Of a stretch of 64,000 nucleotides of DNA, positions 58,496 through 64,000 are shown in pieces. This DNA is from Hydrogenophilales bacterium. Its GTDB lineage: Bacteria; Pseudomonadota; Gammaproteobacteria; Burkholderiales; Eutrophovitaceae. The stretch is from positions 91,839-155,838 of the forward strand of contig CACKOO010000001.1 of the NCBI GenBank assembly GCA_902601765.1, in the 5' to 3' direction. The translations under genes and the position numbers were made by a program. The notes under the pieces are model-generated. The model saw only the letters and a program-made list of their open reading frames with translations. It was not told the origin of the DNA and did no database searches. Numbering within the stretch: position 1 is the stretch's first letter; the number at the start of each line of letters is the position of its first letter.

Positions 58496-59662
58496 ATGGA
58501 ATTGAAAAAAAAAGAAATTTTTATAAGTGAATTGCCCCCAATATCATTGTACGTACATTTTCCATGGTGCATTAAAAAGTGCCCTTATTGTGATTTTAAT
58601 TCCCATCAAGTTTCTCAAGAGAATTTTCCGCATAGGGAATATGCTGAAGCGTTAGTTACGGATTTAAATGATTCAATACCATTAATACAAGATAGAAAAA
58701 TTCAGAATATATTTTTAGGAGGTGGTACTCCTAGCCTGTTACCAGTTAAAACAATTGGCACATTTTTGAAAGAAGTTTATTTGCGAACAAATGTCAGTAA
58801 TGATTGTGAAATTACACTAGAGGTAAACCCTGGCAGTACGGAAATCGCCAAATTTGAGGGATTTCGCTCCGCAGGCGTCAAGCGTTTATCGATTGGTGTC
58901 CAATCTTTTAATGATGTTCAGCTTGGAACACTTGGACGTGTGCATTCGAGTACAGATGCATTGACTGCTATTGAGCAAGCGGCAAAATTTTTTGATTATA
59001 CTAATGTTGATATTATGTACGCGTTACCTAACCAAACATTGCTGGAATTAAAGGAAGATATTGCTACGCTGATTTCTACCGCAGTGAATCACGTTTCCCT
59101 GTATCAATTAACCATTGAGCCAAAAACTTTATTTTTCAGATATCCTCCAAAACTTCCAAGCGATGATTTATCGTGGGAAATGGAGCAATTAATAAAAAAA
59201 ATGATTTTGGAAGCTGGATATAACCAATATGAAATTTCAGCTTATGCTAAAACAGGATATGAGTCTCGGCACAATACAAATTATTGGAAATTTGGGGATT
59301 ACGTAGGTATCGGCGCAGGAGCACACGGTAAAATATCTTTTTTAAATAAAGTTATACGAATTGAAAAAATTAAGTCTCCGATGGCTTATATAAAAGGTTC
59401 CAACAACGATAATATAATTTCTCAAAATTTTTCTATTCCCGTAGAAGATTTACCCGGAGAATTTATGATGAATACCTTAAGACTAAGGAATGGTTTCGAT
59501 TTAAAGTTGTTTCCCGAGAGAACAGGCTTAGCTCTTGAAAACATTATTGACTTAGTCGATAAATTAAGACAGAAAGGATTAGTCGAAATAAATAATAATC
59601 AATTAAAACCAACTGCTACAGGTTTTAGGTTTGTTAATGACCTTATTCAAGATTTTATGTAG
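58496..59662 (+). CDS. hemW: radical SAM heme chaperone HemW (HemN-like, oxygen-independent coproporphyrinogen oxidase family)
   Basis: LYVHFPWCIKKCPYCDFNS (CxxxCxxC), 388 aa. Confidence 0.88.
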   Translation: MELKKKEIFISELPPISLYVHFPWCIKKCPYCDFNSHQVSQENFPHREYAEALVTDLNDSIPLIQDRKIQNIFLGGGTPSLLPVKTIGTFLKEVYLRTNVSNDCEITLEVNPGSTEIAKFEGFRSAGVKRLSIGVQSFNDVQLGTLGRVHSSTDALTAIEQAAKFFDYTNVDIMYALPNQTLLELKEDIATLISTAVNHVSLYQLTIEPKTLFFRYPPKLPSDDLSWEMEQLIKKMILEAGYNQYEISAYAKTGYESRHNTNYWKFGDYVGIGAGAHGKISFLNKVIRIEKIKSPMAYIKGSNNDNIISQNFSIPVEDLPGEFMMNTLRLRNGFDLKLFPERTGLALENIIDLVDKLRQKGLVEINNNQLKPTATGFRFVNDLIQDFM

Positions 59663-59682
59663 CATGTCCTCCCATGAAAAAG

Positions 59683-60384
59683 TTAGGGATTTTTTTTGAA
59701 TACGACAAAGTCTTTAATTAAATGGCCCTTGTCAATCGCTTTTTTCTCAAATTTAGTGCTAGGTCTTTGGTAAATTATGTCCTTTTGTTCAACTCCGTTT
59801 GTAACGAGATCCGAGTTTGTCATAAGACAGTTGTAAATTTCAAATCCATAATCCATCCAGTCTGTGACTATGTGCAAATAACCGCTGGGTTTGAGTTTTC
59901 TGGTAATTGAAAAGAGAAAATCTGGTGAAATAAGTCTTCTTTTATGATGTTTCTTTTTTGGCCAAGGATCAGGGAAAAAAATATGAATCGCCTGTAAGCT
60001 TTCGTTACTAATCATTTCTTTAAATATATCGGTCGCGTCATATTGAATAACCCTAAGGTTTTCAATTCCGCGGTTTTTTATTTCTTTAAGAATATTCCCT
60101 ACACCCGGCGGATATACCTCTATGGCGATATAGTTATTTTGGGGATTATTTTGAGCGATTTGTATAGTTGCGTTACCAGACCCAGCTCCAATTTCAACAA
60201 TCGTGGGCCCAATCCGGTTAAAAATTTTCGTATATTCCAGTTTGTGGTGTTCGAACTTAACGCCGTAAATAGGAAGGTAGTTGTCAATCGCAAATTGCTG
60301 TCCCTTCGTAATTCGCCCTTTACGAAGAACGAAACTTCTAGATTTTCTATGATATTCGCCGATAAAGGATTTGTTTTTATTCAG
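59683..60384 (-). CDS. trmB: tRNA (guanine46-N7)-methyltransferase, with a proposed non-canonical CTG start
   Basis: The ORF track shows only the C-terminal 110 aa ([15 protein letters not shown]). The same frame is open up to 60447 and encodes [15 protein letters not shown] and VEIGAGSGN. It contains no in-frame ATG, GTG or TTG. CTG 60384 follows GAAGGA at 7-nt spacing. Confidence 0.8.
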   Translation of the reverse strand: MNKNKSFIGEYHRKSRSFVLRKGRITKGQQFAIDNYLPIYGVKFEHHKLEYTKIFNRIGPTIVEIGAGSGNATIQIAQNNPQNNYIAIEVYPPGVGNILKEIKNRGIENLRVIQYDATDIFKEMISNESLQAIHIFFPDPWPKKKHHKRRLISPDFLFSITRKLKPSGYLHIVTDWMDYGFEIYNCLMTNSDLVTNGVEQKDIIYQRPSTKFEKKAIDKGHLIKDFVVFKKNP

Positions 60385-61174
60385 AGATAATTCCTTCGAT
60401 GGGAGAACTTGGAGATCCCGTGTATTTTTTCCTTGGCATTCGGCCTGCTAAAAATGCGTTATGCCCTGATATTACGCCTTGGCTCATTGCAGTTGCCATT
60501 AGAATTGGGTCATTTGCTGCTGCTATAGCTGTATTAACTAGTACTGCATCACTTCCTAATTCCATCGCTATTGCGGCGTCTGAAGCTGTTCCAACTCCAG
60601 CGTCAATAATAACCGGCACTGCTGCCTGCTCAATGATAATTCGCAAGTTTAAAGGATTCAGCAACCCCATTCCAGATCCGATAAGAGAGCCCAAGGGCAT
60701 TATGGCAACACAGCCAATCTTCTCTAGTTCCGTAGCTATTATAGGGTCATCTGATGTGTAAACCATAACTTCAAAATCTTCGGCAACCAATTTTTCCGCG
60801 GCCTTTAAAGTTTCAACCACATTGGGATAAAGAGTATCTTTATTACCTAATACCTCTAATTTTACAAGTCGATGTCCATTTAGTAACTCCCTAGCAAGTC
60901 GAAGCGTTCGCACAGCATCCTCAGCGGTGTAGCACCCCGCTGTATTTGGAAGTAGTGTGTATTTTTCAGGAGGAACAAAGTCAAGTAAATTTAGCTCTTT
61001 AGGGTTTTGTCCAAGGTTAGTCCGTCTAATGGCCAGTGTTACGATTTCGGCACCACTGGCCTCTATACATTTTTTTGTTTCATCAAAATTTTTATATTTC
61101 CCAGTCCCAACTATAAGTCGGGAACTAAATAATCGGTTACCAATTTTGAATTTTTTTTCTTCGTGTGATTTCAT
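60377..61174 (-). CDS. thiG: thiazole synthase
   Basis: 265 aa. Contains [18 protein letters not shown] and [13 protein letters not shown]. Confidence 0.95.
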   Translation of the reverse strand: MKSHEEKKFKIGNRLFSSRLIVGTGKYKNFDETKKCIEASGAEIVTLAIRRTNLGQNPKELNLLDFVPPEKYTLLPNTAGCYTAEDAVRTLRLARELLNGHRLVKLEVLGNKDTLYPNVVETLKAAEKLVAEDFEVMVYTSDDPIIATELEKIGCVAIMPLGSLIGSGMGLLNPLNLRIIIEQAAVPVIIDAGVGTASDAAIAMELGSDAVLVNTAIAAANDPILMATAMSQGVISGHNAFLAGRMPRKKYTGSPSSPIEGIISE

Positions 61175-61197
61175 TGTGCCAGATTATCAGTGAACGA

Positions 61198-61401
61198 TTA
61201 ACCCCCGCCCACTGCCGTTATTATTTCGATTTTATCAGCATTTTGAAAAAAAGTTTTTCCAAACTCACTTCTTGGAATTACTAATCCGTTTTTTTCTAGA
61301 GCCACTTTTTTATCAGACAACTCAAAATACTCAAGTAGCTCTGAGGGGGTTATCGTATGCGCGAAGGAGTACGGTTTGCCGTTGACAATTATCGAATGCA
61401 A
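61198..61401 (-). CDS. thiS: sulfur carrier protein ThiS
   Basis: Ends ...ITAVGGG. TTG 61401 gives 67 aa (MHSIIVNGKPY...), the typical ThiS size. The ORF-track start 61437 would add 12 aa. Confidence 0.8.
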   Translation of the reverse strand: MHSIIVNGKPYSFAHTITPSELLEYFELSDKKVALEKNGLVIPRSEFGKTFFQNADKIEIITAVGGG

Positions 61402-61530
61402 TTTATTTCTTACACGGTTGTTTAAATGAAAGGCCAAATTGTAACATGTTGGTCAGGAATAATGGTAGAGAGAAAACTTTCATTATTGGTGGTATGAATT
61501 AAAGAGTTGTAATTTTTTAGAAGCGGTTTT

Positions 61531-62080
61531 GTGATACTTTGCGATTCAAAAGCAGGTGCTAATGCCTGGTGCGTGAGAATATTTCTTGCTGAAAAAGGCA
61601 TTGATATGGAAATGCAACAACTAGACCTCGAAGCCGGAGAGAATAATGCGGTTGATTACTTACGTAGAAACCCAATGGGTAAAATGTCCTTGCTAGAACT
61701 AGATAATGCCACGTATATAGCTGAATCAATTGCTATTTATCGATATCTGGAGGCTTTGTATCCTACCCCTTTATTATTCGCAAATTATGCTAAGCAAAAA
61801 GGTAAAAATGGGATGTGTCTACTTTGCTGGAGCATGAGCTTTATAGGCTAATTAATGATGGTTTCACACATTTATCGCCGTTTTCGTTGAAAAAGAAAAT
61901 GCAATTCTTAGACGACGACTATCATCAAAGAAATTTTGTAATGACTCATTCTAATTAGCTAGACAAAAAATTTATGATGGAGATTTTATTGCCGTTGACG
62001 AGTACACTATTGTTGATATTGTAGCTCAGCCAGCTTTTGTTCATGGTAAATATACTGCCCCCCATTCCTGGAAAATTTAG
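61531..62080 (+). pseudogene. decayed glutathione S-transferase gene (at least 2 frameshifts and an internal stop)
   Basis: Frame 1 holds an intact N-terminal domain (VRIFLAEKGI...MSLLELDN..ESIAIYRYLEALYP). The continuation LLEHELYRLINDGFTHLSP lies in a second frame and ends in TAG. The C-terminal DGDFIAVDEYTIVDIVAQPAFV lies in a third frame. Confidence 0.7.
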
Positions 62081-62115
62081 TAACTTAATAAAACGATTTT
62101 AAGAGGATAATTTAA

Positions 62116-63171
62116 TTGCTAGACTTTTCTGAAAAGATCATAAAATGGCAAGCGACTAATGGTCGTAATCACCTGCCATGGCAAAGTCATCACGACCCGT
62201 ATCGCATATGGGTTTCTGAAATAATGCTTCAGCAAACAGGCGTTAAAACAGTATTGAGATTTTATGCAAATTTTTTGAAGGAGTTTCCCACGATAAAGTC
62301 TCTCGCTGTTGCATCAGAGGACAGTGTTTTACAGAAATGGAGTGGACTGGGTTATTACCGACGGGCGAGATATATGTTGGCTACGGCAAGAATTATTGTT
62401 AAATCTAAGGGAGAATATTTTCCTCAAACGTTAGAGGGGTTAATGGCTTTGCCAGGTATAGGAAGATCGACAGCTGGAGCCATATTAGTTTTTGCGTATG
62501 GAAAAAAATATCCCATCCTAGATGGAAATGTGAAACGCGTTCTTGCTAGATATTTTTGTATTCAAGAACCGCTCTTACAATCCTCCGTGATAAATAAATT
62601 ATGGGGTATTAGTGAAAAACTTGTTCCTGATAAAGGCATACGACCGTATACGCAGGGGTTAATGGATTTAGGTTCGACGGTTTGTTCGCGCGGAAAGCCA
62701 AAATGCTCGCTATGTCCGCTTAGCGATCAATGTAAAGCGCTGACTAATAAAAAAAGCCTTGAAATTCCGACAAAAAGTAAAGCTAAGTTATTGCCTACTA
62801 GAGAAACAATTATGCTACTCCTAACTAACAGGAATAATATTTTGATGCAGAGACGACGGAAAAACGGAGTTTGGGGAGGGTTATTAAGTTTTCCGGAGTT
62901 TGAAAAAAAAGAGAAATTATATATTTCGTTGGAGACACAATTTGGTGTGGATCTAAAATCGATCAAATTTCTATCCCCGCTGAGACATACGTTTTCTCAC
63001 TACAAGTTAGTCATAAATCTAATGAAGGCCAGTACGGTTTTAAAACCAATCCTCTCTCCCGCAAATGGCACTGTTTGGCTTCCGATCGAAGAGATCTCTA
63101 AAGCTGCAATTCCGGCTCCAGTAAGAAAAATCATCAAGATGCACCTAGTTGGGAGGAGTAAGTCCCAATAG
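62116..63171 (+). CDS. mutY: A/G-specific adenine DNA glycosylase
   Basis: HhH-GPD LPGIGRSTAGAI, Fe-S cluster C..GKPKCSLCPLSDQC, and a NUDIX-like C-terminal domain. TTG start after AAGAGGA. Confidence 0.92.
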   Translation: MLDFSEKIIKWQATNGRNHLPWQSHHDPYRIWVSEIMLQQTGVKTVLRFYANFLKEFPTIKSLAVASEDSVLQKWSGLGYYRRARYMLATARIIVKSKGEYFPQTLEGLMALPGIGRSTAGAILVFAYGKKYPILDGNVKRVLARYFCIQEPLLQSSVINKLWGISEKLVPDKGIRPYTQGLMDLGSTVCSRGKPKCSLCPLSDQCKALTNKKSLEIPTKSKAKLLPTRETIMLLLTNRNNILMQRRRKNGVWGGLLSFPEFEKKEKLYISLETQFGVDLKSIKFLSPLRHTFSHYKLVINLMKASTVLKPILSPANGTVWLPIEEISKAAIPAPVRKIIKMHLVGRSKSQ

Positions 63172-63735
63172 TTCTATAATTTTTTTAAGCCGCATAGCGT
63201 CGCTTCTTTCCTCAAGGAGCTCTTGCTTTTGACTTAGATTTGAGGCGAGAAACTCAGTAAGCCTATAGCTTAACCAACGAGGTGATGACTCATAACCCCT
63301 ACCAGAGTGAGGTGGCTCGTTTAGTTTTCCAAATATTTCATCTAAAATCGACTTACATATGTCGATACTATCTTCACTCGGGTTGTCTTCAAAATCACTT
63401 AACCAAGAGACCTCGGCTTGAGTCAGTCCGTTTTTCAAGGTTTCCATCGACTTAATTTTAAACGGTCTTTTACCAATTACATCTATGTGGTACAAACCCA
63501 GTTGAGGCATATCCCAGTTAGTTATGTATGCTGAGCAACCAACATGTTCCAACTCGACACGCTTATCTGTTTCATTTCCATCTAAAATTTGACAAATTCC
63601 GAAAGGTATCTCCTTGCTGATACATGATTTCATTAACTCTATGTATCGCAGTTCAAAGATATTGAGAGGCACATTTTCACCTGGCACTAGAACCAGCCTC
63701 AATGGAAAGATGTACAGTTGTGTTAAATTTTGCAT
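63145..63735 (-). CDS. LON substrate-binding (N-terminal) domain protein
   Basis: YIFPLRLVLVPGENVPLNIFELRYIELM, 196 aa. Its 3' end overlaps the 3' end of mutY by 27 bp. Confidence 0.75.
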   Translation of the reverse strand: MQNLTQLYIFPLRLVLVPGENVPLNIFELRYIELMKSCISKEIPFGICQILDGNETDKRVELEHVGCSAYITNWDMPQLGLYHIDVIGKRPFKIKSMETLKNGLTQAEVSWLSDFEDNPSEDSIDICKSILDEIFGKLNEPPHSGRGYESSPRWLSYRLTEFLASNLSQKQELLEERSDAMRLKKIIELLGLTPPN

Positions 63736-63803
63736 TTAAAAATGTATTCCTCCTGACTAAGAGGAGTTAATGCGCCATAGGGTTCCCAAATTCTATAAAT
63801 AAA

Positions 63804-64000
63804 TCACTCTATTTCTCGATGACGGATTGCTACGGACATTGATTTTTGGAAATGCTGGGATACTTTCTCCGATAAATAAACCGACCGGTGCTTACCTCCC
63901 GTGCAACCAATGCCTATAGTAAGGTAGTTTCTGCTATCACGAATGAAATATGGAATCCAGGATTGTAGGAAATTGATGATATCTAGTGACATTTGCTGAA
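63804..64000 (-). CDS. rapZ: RNase adapter protein RapZ (YhbJ), C-terminal part only; the gene continues past the window edge
   Basis: IGIGCTGGKHRSVYLSEKV... The frame is open to base 64000. Confidence 0.85.
   Translation of the reverse strand, partial: QQMSLDIINFLQSWIPYFIRDSRNYLTIGIGCTGGKHRSVYLSEKVSQHFQKSMSVAIRHREIE

Noticed and set aside
61402-61530. An expected TPP (THI-box) riboswitch upstream of thiS-thiG.
   Set aside because: Reading the minus strand, I found neither the CUGAGA element nor the ACCUGAUCUGGAUAAUGCCAGCG-like core. The spacer is short and AT-rich.

Overview
AT-rich, very gene-dense chromosomal window. Most spacers are under 100 bp and many gene junctions are ATGA, TTGA or TAATG overlaps. 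Gene order is typical of a betaproteobacterium: lolB-ispE-tRNA-Gln-prs-rplY-pth-ychF; yebC-ruvCAB-ybgC-tolQRAB-pal-cpoB-tRNA-Lys; spoT-rpoZ-gmk-yicC/rph-rdgB; thiS-thiG-trmB. A streamlined marine planktonic lineage is plausible, but that is inference only. Layout: (1) 1-7.8 kb, aa3 cytochrome c oxidase subunits and assembly genes interleaved with tiny membrane proteins. (2) 7.8-33.5 kb, housekeeping genes: rpoH, ftsYEX, a 4-gene ABC/GldG-like/DUF4340 operon, ruv and tol-pal. (3) about 33.5-51 kb, following tRNA-Lys, a probable flexible region. It holds a TetR-controlled RND(MMPL-type)/LolA-like/beta-barrel/PhoD-family operon, a nearly passenger-less autotransporter-type barrel, a complete proteorhodopsin photosystem (PR, crtE-I-B-Y, blh), an H-NS-like gene and an orphan binding protein. 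(4) 51-64 kb, housekeeping again. No rRNA, CRISPR array, transposase or integrase was recognised. The best candidate for an undescribed system is the RND/LolA-like/barrel/phosphodiesterase operon with its palindrome-rich control region. Other notable points: trmB has no canonical start codon in 255 open codons; an 8-bp tandem repeat closes all three frames at the ispE/tRNA-Gln junction; the PR terminator abuts the crtE ribosome-binding site; a GST gene is decayed; tolB carries a G9 tract. All calls come from reading the sequence and recalled family motifs. No database search was run.
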